A stretch of DNA of 64,000 nt from Planctomycetota bacterium (GTDB lineage Bacteria; Planctomycetota; UBA1135; UBA2386): NCBI GenBank assembly GCA_965228735.1, contig OZ245838.1, positions 4,672,001-4,736,000 on the forward strand, in the 5' to 3' direction. The position numbers were made by a program, and so were the translations under genes. Positions 1 to 10,142 of the stretch are shown here, piece after piece (position 1 is the first letter of the stretch; each line of letters starts with the position of its first letter). The notes beneath the pieces were generated by a model. That model saw nothing but the letters and a program-made list of their open reading frames with translations, had not been told where the DNA came from and did not search any database.

Positions 1-1392
1 GACTTCGGTTGTGCAGCCGATGAGATCCTCGGTGCCCTGCCGTTCCTCAATCAGGTGCGGGAGCGGGTGCAGGCAGGGTTCGCAACGGACGCGGCGCCGC
101 CCGAGTCCATCGGTGGGTTGATCGAGCAGCACGGAGCGACCCACCTGCAATGCACGCCGTCGATGGCGCGAATGCTCATGGCGGACCCGGAGTCGCGCGA
201 AGCGCTGTCGCGCCTTGGCTGCCTCATGGTCGGCGGGGAAGCGCTCCCGGAGAGCCTCGCTCGCGAACTGTCGGCCACCGTTCCCGTCGTGCACAACATG
301 TACGGACCGACCGAGACGACGATCTGGTCGAGCACGGCGCGGGTCGAGGGCGGTGGCCCGGTGACGATCGGTCGGCCCATCGCGAACACCGCACTCTACG
401 TGCTCGATGACGCCCGTCGTGTCGTTCCGAGGGGCGCCGTTGGCGAGCTCTACATCGGCGGTGACGGGGTGGTTCCGGGCTACCACGACCGCCAGGAGCT
501 CACGGTCGAGCGTTTCGTGCCCGACCCGTTCGCCACCCGCGAAGGTGCCCGGATGTATCGGACCGGGGATCTCGTGCGCCATCGACCCGATGGGCAGCTC
601 GAGTACCTCGGGCGCAGCGACCACCAGGTCAAGGTCAGCGGTCATCGCATCGAACTGGGCGAGATCGAGGCGGCGCTCGAGAACCACGCCGGTATCGCCG
701 CTGCCGTGGTGACGGTTGTTGGCGAGGATGTCGACGCCACGCTCGTGGCGAACGTCGTAGAGCGCGACGGAGGGGCGGCCGATGATGATCTGCTCGGGTC
801 GCTCCGCGCCTCGCTGCCGGCCTACATGGTGCCCACCGCGGTCGTGCGGCACGAGCAGTTCCCGACGACGCCCAACGGCAAGACCGATCGCGGCGCGATC
901 GCGGCGATGAAGCCGATGGCCGCTGGCGCGCCCACGAAGAGTGCGGCAGGCGTGGCGGACGCCGAGCCCCGAATCGCCGGCGCCGCGGCGCGGCCCGTCG
1001 CGTCCACACCGGTCGCCGACGCCTTCGATCCGGCGGGTTCGATCGATGACATCAAGGCGATCTGGCGCGAGTTGCTCGGCTTCAACGAGATCGGAATCGA
1101 CAGCAACTTCTTCGAGATCGGCGGGCACTCGCTGCTGACGATCCGGTTGCAGGCCGCACTCCGGGAACGGCTCGACGTCGCCGTGTCGCTCGTGGACCTG
1201 TTCCGGTTCACGACACTGCGGGCGTTGGCGAAGCATGTCGACGGCAAGCGCGGTGGTTCTGGCGGCGGCGGTGGCGGTGTCCGGGCTGCGGGTTCGGCGA
1301 CGGACCCGACCGACGAGGTCGCCAGTGCGTCGTCCCGCGGTAGCATGCGCGCCGCGAAGCGGCGACGGGCGATGCGCCGGCGCGAGGACTGA
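1..1392 (+). CDS. NRPS, 3' part (5' end outside window): end of a luciferase-like monooxygenase insert, C-terminal half of the adenylation domain, and PCP (MupA/Atu3671-like)
   Basis: Frame is open from base 1 (DFGCAADEILGALPFL resembles the end of the LLM insert). A-domain motifs NMYGPTETT, GELYIGG, YRTGD, GRSDHQVK and TPNGKTDR; PCP motif FFEIGGHSL; basic C-terminal tail. Confidence 0.9.
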   Translation, partial: DFGCAADEILGALPFLNQVRERVQAGFATDAAPPESIGGLIEQHGATHLQCTPSMARMLMADPESREALSRLGCLMVGGEALPESLARELSATVPVVHNMYGPTETTIWSSTARVEGGGPVTIGRPIANTALYVLDDARRVVPRGAVGELYIGGDGVVPGYHDRQELTVERFVPDPFATREGARMYRTGDLVRHRPDGQLEYLGRSDHQVKVSGHRIELGEIEAALENHAGIAAAVVTVVGEDVDATLVANVVERDGGAADDDLLGSLRASLPAYMVPTAVVRHEQFPTTPNGKTDRGAIAAMKPMAAGAPTKSAAGVADAEPRIAGAAARPVASTPVADAFDPAGSIDDIKAIWRELLGFNEIGIDSNFFEIGGHSLLTIRLQAALRERLDVAVSLVDLFRFTTLRALAKHVDGKRGGSGGGGGGVRAAGSATDPTDEVASASSRGSMRAAKRRRAMRRRED

Positions 1393-1425
1393 GGATCGTC
1401 CGCAACGAGCCAGACAGGACTGACG

Positions 1426-4400
1426 ATGAGCGAAGGACCGGGATCGAGCCAGGCGGACAATCGGATCGCGATTGTCGGAATGGCTGCGCGTGTGCCCGGC
1501 GCCAACGATCCGCGGTCGTTCTGGCGCAACCTGTGCGCTGGCGACGAGGCGATTCGCTTTCTCGACGACGATGAACTGGCGGCCAACGGTGTCGAGCCCG
1601 GGCAGATCGCGCGGCCCGACTTCGTCCGCGCCTATGCCGGCCTGGCGGACATCCGCGGGTTCGATGCCGACTTCTTCGGGCTCGGCCCGAAAGAGGCGGC
1701 CATCATGGATCCGCAGCACCGGCACTTCCTCGAGTGTGCGTGGGAGGCCCTCGAGGCGGCCGGTCACACGCCGGAGAGCGTCGCGCGTTCCGTCGGGGTG
1801 TTCGCCGGGTGCGGCATCGGGACGTACTTCGCGTTGAACATCCTCACCAACCGGCAGCTGCTCGAGGACGTCGGGTTCTTCCTCCTGAGCCATACCGGTA
1901 ACGACAAGGACTTCCTCGCGACCAGGCTGTCCTACTCGCTCAACCTCGAAGGCCCGAGCATCAGCGTCCAGACCGCGTGCTCGACGTCCCTGGTCGCGAC
2001 GCATCTGGCCTGCCAGAGCCTGCTCGGCGGGGAATGCGACCTCGCCCTCGCCGGCGGGTCGACGATCAAGACGCCGGACGGGCAGGGCTACGTGTTCAAG
2101 TCCGGCGAGATTCTCTCACCGGACGGGCATTGTCGGCCGTTCGACCACAAGGCCGCCGGCACGGTGTTCGGCAGCGGCGTCGGAGTCGTCGCACTGCGCC
2201 GGCTCGAGGATGCCCTGGCGGACGGTGACCACATCCATGCCGTGCTGCTCGCGACAGCCGTCAACAACGACGGCGCCGCCAAGGCCGGCTACCTGGCGCC
2301 GTCCCTCGATGGTCAAGCGGCTGCGGTCTCCGAAGCGCTCGCCGTGGCCGACATCACCGCGGACACGATCGAGATGATCGAGTGTCACGGCACCGGCACA
2401 CCGATCGGCGACCCGATCGAGGTCGGAGCGCTGAGCCAGGCGTTTCGTGAGAGCACGGATCGCACGGCGTTCTGCCGTATCGGGTCCGTCAAGGGCAACA
2501 TCGGTCACCTCGACACCGCGGCAGGAGTCATCGGTCTGATCAAGGCTGCGCTTGCCGTGGAGAAGGGCAAGATTCCGCCGAACCTGCACTTCGAGCGCCC
2601 GAACCCCGAGATCGACTTCGAGAACAGCGCGTTCGTGGTCAACGGCGAGCTGCACGAGTGGCGCGGAACCGGCCCGCGGCGGGCTGGCGTCAACGCGCTC
2701 GGGGTCGGCGGCACGAACGCGCACGCCATCGTCGAGCAACCGCCGGCACCGGCGCCTTGCTCATCGCCGGCCCGAACGGCGCAGCCGATCGTGGTGTCGG
2801 CGCGGTCACCGGCGGCGCTCGACGCCGCCGCGCAACGGTTGGCGCAGTTCCTCGACGAGGAGTCGAGCGTCGAGCTCGCGGACGTCGCCCACACGCTGCG
2901 CCATGGGCGGCGGCGATTCTCGCACGGCCGCGTCGTGGCCGGGCACACCGTCGCGGAGGTCGCCGAGCTGCTCACGCAGAAGACCGGGCCGCGGTCGTTC
3001 GACGTGCGGGCGTCCGAGCGTCCAGCCAAGGTCGCGTTCCTCTTTCCGGGGGCTGGCCCGCAGCACGTGGGGATGGGGCGCGATCTGCGGGCGACGGAAT
3101 CCGGGTTCCGTGAGATCACCGACCGACTGCTCGGCATCGCCTCGAAGCTCGTCGGGGTCGACCTGATCGAGCTGATCGATGGACCGGAGACGCCCGAGGT
3201 GGAGCGGCAGCTCGAGCGACCGTCGATCCAGTTGCCGCTCGTCTACGTCTTCGACTACGCCGTCGCCCGACTCTGGATGGACCTCGGCGTCCAGCCCGTC
3301 GGGATGCTGGGTCACAGCCTGGGTGAGTATGTCGCGGCCGCGATTGCCGGGGTTTGGAGCCCTGAGGACGGCGTCGCGCTCGTGCATGAGCGCGGTCGAC
3401 TGTTCGAGTCGGTGACGGTCGAGTCCGGCATGGTGACCGTCGAGCTCGAGCCCGACCGGGCGGCGGAGCTCGGCGCCGGCATCGAGGGGCTGGAAGTGAG
3501 CGTGGTGAACACGCCCGGCAACTGTGTGCTCAGTGGGCCGCGGGCTGCCATCGACACGGTCGTGACGGAGCTCGAGCGGCGGGAGATCGATCACCGGATC
3601 GTCCCGATCGCCACGGCGGCGCACTCGTCGCTGCTCGAGCCGTTGCTCGACACGTTCCGAACCTTCGTCGCGAAGCTGGAGCTCCGCGCGCCGACCATCC
3701 CGTTCGCCGCGAATCTGACGGGGCGGTGGATCGAGGACGACGAAGCGACGGACCCCGACTACTGGGTGAAGCACTTCCGGCACCAGGTTCGATTCTCGGA
3801 TTGCCTCGCCACGATCTTCTCGGATCCGCAGGTCGTGATGCTCGAGTGTGGCCCGGGCCGCATGCTGAGTTCCCTTGCCAAACGTCACCCGCATGGCAAG
3901 GGCCGCGTCGTGCTGCCGTCGATGCGGCACCCGGACGAGAAGGTGGGTGACGACGTCGCGTTCGCTGCCGCGGCCGGTCGGCTCTGGGCGGCGGGTGTCG
4001 ACATCGGGTTCGAGCACTTCACGGGCCCGCGTCGACGGCGCGTGCCGTTGCCGACCTACCCGTTCCAGCACAAGGACTACTGGATCGAGTGGCGGGGGCC
4101 GTCGGCCGGGTCGGGGCCGGATCAGAGCCAGCCGCCGCAGCCGGAACGTTTCGAGAACGTCGAGGACTTCTTCGCGCGCCTGGAATGGCGACCGCGAGCC
4201 GCCCCGGCCGCTCCGCTGGCGGTGCCCGAGGGGTCGCGATTCCTCGTGCTGCTCGACAAGCTCGGCTACGGCGATGCGTTCGTCGATGAGTTGCGCCGGC
4301 TCGATGCGGATGTCGTCGTCGTTCGCGAGGACGATTCCTTCGTCGAGCGCGGCAGCAAGGAGTTCTGCATCGCGCCGGAAGACGGACGCGCGGGGTTCGA

Positions 4401-7400
4401 CCGCCTCGTGGCCCGACTCGGCGAAGGCGATTGGAGCCCCACGCACGTCGTCAGCTTCTGGGCCGTGTCTCGCGAAGGCGATCGCCGGCCCGGCTCGAGC
4501 CCGCTGCATCACAGCGAGGAGCGCGGTCTTTACACCCTGGTCTACCTGATTCAGGCGCTGCTCGGGGTGGGGGCGGCTGGCCCGTTCCGGTTCGTCGCCG
4601 TTTCATGCGGGATGCAGCGGCTGCCCGGCGATGCGCCCGCGGAGCCCGAGAAGTCTCTCGTGCTGGGGCCGGCGCGCGTGCTGTCGCGCGAACTGCCGGG
4701 AAGCGACTGCATCAGTGTCGATATCGACCGTCCCCCGCAACGTCGGCTCTTCGGCTCGGAGCGGGTCGCGGACTCCTCTCGGCGTGCCATCGCGTCGGAC
4801 CTGCTCGCGGAGTGCTTGTCGGACGGGTCCGCGACGACGATCGCGATTCGTGGGCGAGAGCGCTTCGAGCTGACCAACGTGAAGTGGCCGCCACCCTCGG
4901 CTTCGGGCGACACGACGACGGCGCCGTCGCGGGTGCGCCAGGGTGGGGCCTACCTGATCACCGGCGGCTTGGGCGAGATCGGCCGCCTGTTCGCGGCGCG
5001 GATCGTCGCCGCGGAACCGGACGTTCGCCTCGTGCTGACAGCCCGGCGCGGGCTCCCGCCGCGCGAGGAATGGAACAATCACGCTCGCCGCAGTGACGCC
5101 CTCGGGGAGGCGATTCGAGCCGTCATCGCGCTGGAGCGCCAGGGGGCGACGGTCCGGGTCGTTGCCGTCGACGTGACCGACATCGAGGCGATGCGCCGGA
5201 TTGTCACGGACGCAGTCCGTGACTTCGGTGCGCTCGCCGGTGTCGTCCATGCTGCGGGCATCGTCGATGATCAGCTCCTGCAGGTCGCCGAAGCCGCCGC
5301 CGTCGAGTCGGTGTTGGCGCCGAAAGTTGCCGGCACGCTCGTGCTCAATGAGCTCGTTTCCGAGTTGCCGTCGCTCGACTTCGTCTTTCTGTTCTCGTCG
5401 ACGAGTGCTTGGATCGCGCCGGCCGGGCAGAGTGCGTACGTGGCGGCGAACGTGTTCCTGGACGCGTTTGCCGAGTCGCGATCGTCCGCCACGGTGCCCG
5501 TGTGCGCGGTCGCGTGGGGCATCTGGCGGGAGATTGGCATGGCGGCCAGGGCGGTCGGTTCGCGGGACGACTCCGGGCGCGTTCTCGCCACGGCTCGCGC
5601 GACTGCGTGCAAGCATCCATGGCTGCACGAGTGCATAGGCACCGCGGCCAGCGGTGGCATCGTCGACTTCCGGTCGAGCGCCGGCAGCAGCTGGGTGTTC
5701 GACGAGCATCGCACGGCGGATGGTCAGGCGGTGTTTCCGGGTGCCGCGTACTTCGAGCTCGTTCGCGGTGCGCTCGCCGAACTCGGGTCGTCGGCGCAAC
5801 CGCCTCGGGGGGCGCTGGCGATCACGGACCTGTTCCTGTTTCGCCCGCTCGTGCCCGGTCCGGACGGTGAGATCGCGGCCCGGGTGGTCGTCTCCTTGGC
5901 GGATGACGGCGGCTTCGAGGTGCGGGTCGAGCAGCGCGCGACGACAGCTGGCGAGGGACCATGGACATTGGCGGCCCAGGCTGCCGCTGCGCTGACGGAA
6001 ACCGCCACTCCCGCCGCCGCCACGGGGCGGTCTGCTCCGACCCTCGAAGCCAGTGCCGAACCGGAGCTCGAAGGGGCTCAGCAACGTCGAATGCGCTTCG
6101 GTCCGCGTTGGAGCTGCCTGCGGACGCGAAACGTCGACCGCGATTCGGGGGTGGTCGACGGTCGGTTGGAGTTGCGGAGCTCATATCACTCGGATCTGGA
6201 GTCGATTCTCTGCCATCCGGCGCTCATGGACGTCGCGACGGGCCTCGGCCTCGAGCTGGTCGATCAGAGCGAGGGGCGGCTCTGGGTGCCGGTGTCATGT
6301 GGCGGAGCGACCCTGCATCACGGGTTGCCCCCCATCGTCGACGTCCACGTCGAACGGACCGCCCACGGTGGCGGCGAGGATCGGCGGTTCATCACGATGA
6401 CCGTCACCTTGCGGGATCCGGAGTCCGGGACGACTCTCGTCGAGTTGCGCGACTACACGATGCGGCAGGCCGACGCCAACTCGCTCGCGAGTGCGGACGA
6501 CGAAGGTTCGGCCTGGGGGGGCGGTCAGGAAGCCGCGATGGATCGGCACGAGAGCCCGGCCGAGCGTGTGTTCCTCGAGAACCTTTCACGCGGCATCACT
6601 CCGGCGGAGGGGGCGGCGGCGATCGATCGGCTCCTGGCCATGCAAGACCTGCCGCATCACGTGTTCGTCAGTTCCTTGTCGATCGATGGGCTCGCGGCCC
6701 AGACGAACTGGCTGCGGGACCACGCGGCAGCCTCGGGCGGCGAAGGCTTCGAGCGGCCGGATCTCGAGAGCACGTACAGCGAGCCCGAGACGGCGACGGA
6801 GAAACGGCTCGTCGAGATCTGGGAAGACGTGCTCGGTGTCCGGCCGATCGGCGTCGAGGACAGCTTCTTCGACCTGGGCGGCCACTCGCTGATCGCGGTT
6901 CGGTTGTTCGCTCGCATCAAGCGGGACTTGGGAGTCGATCTCCCGATCTCGACGTTGCTCGACGTGCCGGACGTTCGTGGCAGTGCCGCCATCATCGATG
7001 AGCAGGCGGGTGCGAGCGGGGAGGATTCGGCCGGCGCGGATGGCCGGTTCACCTATCTCGTGCCGCTGCAGGGCGCCGGCGAGCGCAGCGCGGGTCGATC
7101 GTCGGGTGCTACGGCGTTCTTCATGGTTGCCGGGATGTTCGGCAACGTGATGAACCTGCGTCACCTGGCGAGTCTGGTCGGCTCGGATCGTCCGGTCTAT
7201 GGCGTTCAGGCTCGCGGCTTGTTCGGCGGGCTGGAGCCGCACCTGTCGTTCGAGGACATGGCGCGCGACTATCTCGAGGAGATTCGTCGCGTGCAGCCGC
7301 ATGGCCCGTATCTGCTCGGGGGGTTCTCGGGCGGCGGGATCACGGCGTACGAGATGGCGCGGCAGCTGCGTTCGCAGGGAGAGGAAGTCGCGGCCATCGT

Positions 7401-7917
7401 GATGCTGGACACCCCCGTGCCATCGCACGAGAAGTTGACCCGCAAGCAGAAAGCCCAGATCCACCTGATCCACTTGAAGCGTCGCGGAATCCGGTATCTC
7501 GGCGAGTGGGCGCTCAAACGGGCGCGCTGGGAACTCGGCCGATTGCGGGCTCGGTTCCGGGGCAAGGTCGAACTCGACAGCTCGACCTATCATTCGGACG
7601 ACGTCCGCGATGCGTTCGTGGTTGCCGTCCGGGACTACGGTTTCGCGCCGCAGCCCGTCACGATCCATCTCTTCCGGCCGGGTCTCGCCGTGCACTACGA
7701 CCTCGGCGACGGTGTGTTGTTGGACGCGGGGAGGCAACGGGTTCGAGAGGACAACGGTTGGCGCCCGCTGGTCGACGAGGTCCACGTCTCGGAAGTGCCC
7801 GGCAACCACGACAGCATGGTTCTCGAGCCCAATGTCCGGGTCGTGGCTCTGCGAATCCGCGAACTGCTCAAGCGGTGCGATCGCAAGCGGGCAGGCGGCG
7901 CCGGCTCGCGCGGTTGA
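1426..7917 (+). CDS. Type I polyketide synthase KS-AT-KR(DH inserted)-ACP-TE, 2163 aa
   Basis: KS: VQTACSTS, HGTGT, KGNIGH, and GNDKD typical of NRPS-fed KS. AT: GHSLG. KR: TGGLGEIG and YVAAN. DH: HRTADGQAVFPG. Carrier: FFDLGGHSL. TE: GFSGG and PGNH. Confidence 0.95.
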   Translation: MSEGPGSSQADNRIAIVGMAARVPGANDPRSFWRNLCAGDEAIRFLDDDELAANGVEPGQIARPDFVRAYAGLADIRGFDADFFGLGPKEAAIMDPQHRHFLECAWEALEAAGHTPESVARSVGVFAGCGIGTYFALNILTNRQLLEDVGFFLLSHTGNDKDFLATRLSYSLNLEGPSISVQTACSTSLVATHLACQSLLGGECDLALAGGSTIKTPDGQGYVFKSGEILSPDGHCRPFDHKAAGTVFGSGVGVVALRRLEDALADGDHIHAVLLATAVNNDGAAKAGYLAPSLDGQAAAVSEALAVADITADTIEMIECHGTGTPIGDPIEVGALSQAFRESTDRTAFCRIGSVKGNIGHLDTAAGVIGLIKAALAVEKGKIPPNLHFERPNPEIDFENSAFVVNGELHEWRGTGPRRAGVNALGVGGTNAHAIVEQPPAPAPCSSPARTAQPIVVSARSPAALDAAAQRLAQFLDEESSVELADVAHTLRHGRRRFSHGRVVAGHTVAEVAELLTQKTGPRSFDVRASERPAKVAFLFPGAGPQHVGMGRDLRATESGFREITDRLLGIASKLVGVDLIELIDGPETPEVERQLERPSIQLPLVYVFDYAVARLWMDLGVQPVGMLGHSLGEYVAAAIAGVWSPEDGVALVHERGRLFESVTVESGMVTVELEPDRAAELGAGIEGLEVSVVNTPGNCVLSGPRAAIDTVVTELERREIDHRIVPIATAAHSSLLEPLLDTFRTFVAKLELRAPTIPFAANLTGRWIEDDEATDPDYWVKHFRHQVRFSDCLATIFSDPQVVMLECGPGRMLSSLAKRHPHGKGRVVLPSMRHPDEKVGDDVAFAAAAGRLWAAGVDIGFEHFTGPRRRRVPLPTYPFQHKDYWIEWRGPSAGSGPDQSQPPQPERFENVEDFFARLEWRPRAAPAAPLAVPEGSRFLVLLDKLGYGDAFVDELRRLDADVVVVREDDSFVERGSKEFCIAPEDGRAGFDRLVARLGEGDWSPTHVVSFWAVSREGDRRPGSSPLHHSEERGLYTLVYLIQALLGVGAAGPFRFVAVSCGMQRLPGDAPAEPEKSLVLGPARVLSRELPGSDCISVDIDRPPQRRLFGSERVADSSRRAIASDLLAECLSDGSATTIAIRGRERFELTNVKWPPPSASGDTTTAPSRVRQGGAYLITGGLGEIGRLFAARIVAAEPDVRLVLTARRGLPPREEWNNHARRSDALGEAIRAVIALERQGATVRVVAVDVTDIEAMRRIVTDAVRDFGALAGVVHAAGIVDDQLLQVAEAAAVESVLAPKVAGTLVLNELVSELPSLDFVFLFSSTSAWIAPAGQSAYVAANVFLDAFAESRSSATVPVCAVAWGIWREIGMAARAVGSRDDSGRVLATARATACKHPWLHECIGTAASGGIVDFRSSAGSSWVFDEHRTADGQAVFPGAAYFELVRGALAELGSSAQPPRGALAITDLFLFRPLVPGPDGEIAARVVVSLADDGGFEVRVEQRATTAGEGPWTLAAQAAAALTETATPAAATGRSAPTLEASAEPELEGAQQRRMRFGPRWSCLRTRNVDRDSGVVDGRLELRSSYHSDLESILCHPALMDVATGLGLELVDQSEGRLWVPVSCGGATLHHGLPPIVDVHVERTAHGGGEDRRFITMTVTLRDPESGTTLVELRDYTMRQADANSLASADDEGSAWGGGQEAAMDRHESPAERVFLENLSRGITPAEGAAAIDRLLAMQDLPHHVFVSSLSIDGLAAQTNWLRDHAAASGGEGFERPDLESTYSEPETATEKRLVEIWEDVLGVRPIGVEDSFFDLGGHSLIAVRLFARIKRDLGVDLPISTLLDVPDVRGSAAIIDEQAGASGEDSAGADGRFTYLVPLQGAGERSAGRSSGATAFFMVAGMFGNVMNLRHLASLVGSDRPVYGVQARGLFGGLEPHLSFEDMARDYLEEIRRVQPHGPYLLGGFSGGGITAYEMARQLRSQGEEVAAIVMLDTPVPSHEKLTRKQKAQIHLIHLKRRGIRYLGEWALKRARWELGRLRARFRGKVELDSSTYHSDDVRDAFVVAVRDYGFAPQPVTIHLFRPGLAVHYDLGDGVLLDAGRQRVREDNGWRPLVDEVHVSEVPGNHDSMVLEPNVRVVALRIRELLKRCDRKRAGGAGSRG

Positions 7918-7924
7918 CGACTGG

Positions 7925-9922
7925 TCAGTTCCCGACCGTCACGACCAGCCCGCGGGTGAGCGCGATGCCGCCGGTCGACGCGGGATCGAGAACCGCGCCC
8001 TGGGCGACGAACGTGAACCCGCTGAGGCTCGCAGCGCTCGGCAGCGGCAACGGCACTCGTACGATGCCGCTCGCGTTCGTGAACCAGACGCGCGACGCGA
8101 TCGGGCTGTGGATCGCGAGCTCACAGCCGTTGCCCAGCGGGATCTGGGTCTGACCCGTGCCGAACGCGATCATCGCGGGTCGTTGCGTGGCCTCGGCGCG
8201 GACCTGCAACTGCAGATCGGCGTTGCCGGGGCGCGGGGCGCCGAAGGTCGTGATCGACGAGACGATCGTCTGGCCGCCGCAGTTCGAGCCGGCGTGGACG
8301 GCGTCGGCCGACTGCTGAGTGTCGGCCACGAGCCGCTCTTCGCTCAGGCCTAGCATGAAGCCGCGCGCGCCGTCGAAGACGTGGTGGCCGATCGGATCGC
8401 CGATCGCGGTCCAGACGCTGCCGTCCCAGCTGTAGCGTCGGACCAAGCCGGTGTTGATCCCGCGCAGGTCGCCTTCGACGCGCTGGGTGATCGCGTTGAA
8501 CGCGAACGAGGAGTTGCGCTCCGCGCGCAGCACGGTGTTGATGCCGGCCTGCCAGCTCGTGCCGTCGTACTCGAACGTGTTGGTCATCGCGAAGAAGACG
8601 GTGCGGGCCCGAATCGGATCATAGGCTGCCTTGCCGGCGGCGATCGTCATCGGGGTGGCGCTCGAGATCAGGGCCCAGTTCGTGCCATCCCATTCCCAGT
8701 GGTCGTTGATGTAGCCGCCGCTGTCATTCCCGCCGATCAGCAGGACACGTTGCCGGCCACTGTCATAGGCGAGCGCCGGGGACGAGCGCGGCGATGGCGT
8801 CGGGCCCGTGGGGTTGGCCTGTTGCCACGCCGCACCGTCCCAGAGCCAGGTATCGCCGAGGTCCTGCCCCTGCCATCGGCCGCCGAACAACACCGTCTGC
8901 TGGCGCGCCGCGTCGTAGGCCTGGGCGTGATCCTGGCGCAGCGGCACGGGCACGTTCGCGGTGTAGTTCCAACGAACACCGTCCCACTCCGCCGCGTTGG
9001 ACTGGCTGCGCGCCAGGTCGGCACCGAACGCGACGACGCGGTTTCGGTTCGAGTCGTAGCTCGCGCTCTGGTAGGCCTCATCGAAGTGCGGTCGCCGGAT
9101 CGACGACCACGCCGCACCGTCCCAGACCGCGAGTCCACGCGTTACGAAGAAGCTGCCGAACAGGCGACCGTTCTCGTGGTCGGCCGCATAGGCCTGGAAT
9201 CGCCGGGCGCCCGGTTGTCGGACGAGGTTCCAGTTGGAGCCGTCCCACTCGAAGGTCTCGTCGATCGCTGGCGCGACGACCCTGTTCAGCGCCGGGTCGT
9301 ACACGATGGCGCCGATGGCCGTTGGCCGTGAGTTCTGCATCGACCAGTTCGCGCCGTCCCATTCCCAGGTCTCGAAACCCAACGGCTGGATGGCGAGGGT
9401 CACTGCGACGAGTCGATCGCGGGCCTGGTCGAAGCTCGCGCCGAGGATCGGCGCGATGGTGGTGGCCGGGATGGGCGGCAAGCTCTGCCAGCCGCCGGCG
9501 AGGGTGAAGCGCCACGTGCTGCTGTTGCCGAGCAGGTAGAGCGCGCCGCTGTTGCGATCCACCGCGAGTCGCCCGTCGCTCGGCATCGTCGTGACCGGCT
9601 CGAGGCCGTCGCCGTCCCAGGCCACGATGTCGATCCCGTTCTGCAGGATGACCTTCTGCAGCGGCGGGAACCATGCAGCGAACCGCGCGCCGACGTTCAC
9701 GTCCGGCAAGACGCGGCCCCATCGCGTGCCATCCCACGCGTGCACCGGCGCGGGCAGGTTCGGGCCGAAGAACAGCAGCTGATCGCGAGCTTCGTCGTAG
9801 ACCATCCGACCGGCCAGGACGCTGAGGCTCAGGTTGGTTGGCGCGGTCTGCGCGGACGCGAAAGCGGAGAGGACGGGAAGCGCGGCCAGCAGGCCGACGC
9901 ACGCCAGAGCAGGCTGTTGCAT
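7925..9922 (-). CDS. Secreted kelch-like/beta-propeller repeat protein
   Basis: Signal peptide; repeated (A/V)YD..R.R.V.FG...TW.WDG..W units; C-terminal LPLPSAASLSGFTFVAQ segment. Confidence 0.75.
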   Translation of the reverse strand: MQQPALACVGLLAALPVLSAFASAQTAPTNLSLSVLAGRMVYDEARDQLLFFGPNLPAPVHAWDGTRWGRVLPDVNVGARFAAWFPPLQKVILQNGIDIVAWDGDGLEPVTTMPSDGRLAVDRNSGALYLLGNSSTWRFTLAGGWQSLPPIPATTIAPILGASFDQARDRLVAVTLAIQPLGFETWEWDGANWSMQNSRPTAIGAIVYDPALNRVVAPAIDETFEWDGSNWNLVRQPGARRFQAYAADHENGRLFGSFFVTRGLAVWDGAAWSSIRRPHFDEAYQSASYDSNRNRVVAFGADLARSQSNAAEWDGVRWNYTANVPVPLRQDHAQAYDAARQQTVLFGGRWQGQDLGDTWLWDGAAWQQANPTGPTPSPRSSPALAYDSGRQRVLLIGGNDSGGYINDHWEWDGTNWALISSATPMTIAAGKAAYDPIRARTVFFAMTNTFEYDGTSWQAGINTVLRAERNSSFAFNAITQRVEGDLRGINTGLVRRYSWDGSVWTAIGDPIGHHVFDGARGFMLGLSEERLVADTQQSADAVHAGSNCGGQTIVSSITTFGAPRPGNADLQLQVRAEATQRPAMIAFGTGQTQIPLGNGCELAIHSPIASRVWFTNASGIVRVPLPLPSAASLSGFTFVAQGAVLDPASTGGIALTRGLVVTVGN

Positions 9923-10142
9923 GAGAGGGGTCTCCTGCGGCCCGACCGCGGGTCACGATCGCCGTGGCTAGCGGGCCAGTTGGTACTGTAGAGCCGCCGG
10001 TTGCCGAGGTATCGCGCCGCAAAACCCGGTCCGGTGCGCCGGTATTGCTGCCGGTTCGAGCGGTTGCTCCGAACGGACTCTCACGGAACGGGTTGCCGCT
10101 ACCCCCGGGGGCGGACAGCTGGCAAAAAAAAGCCGGCCGCGT

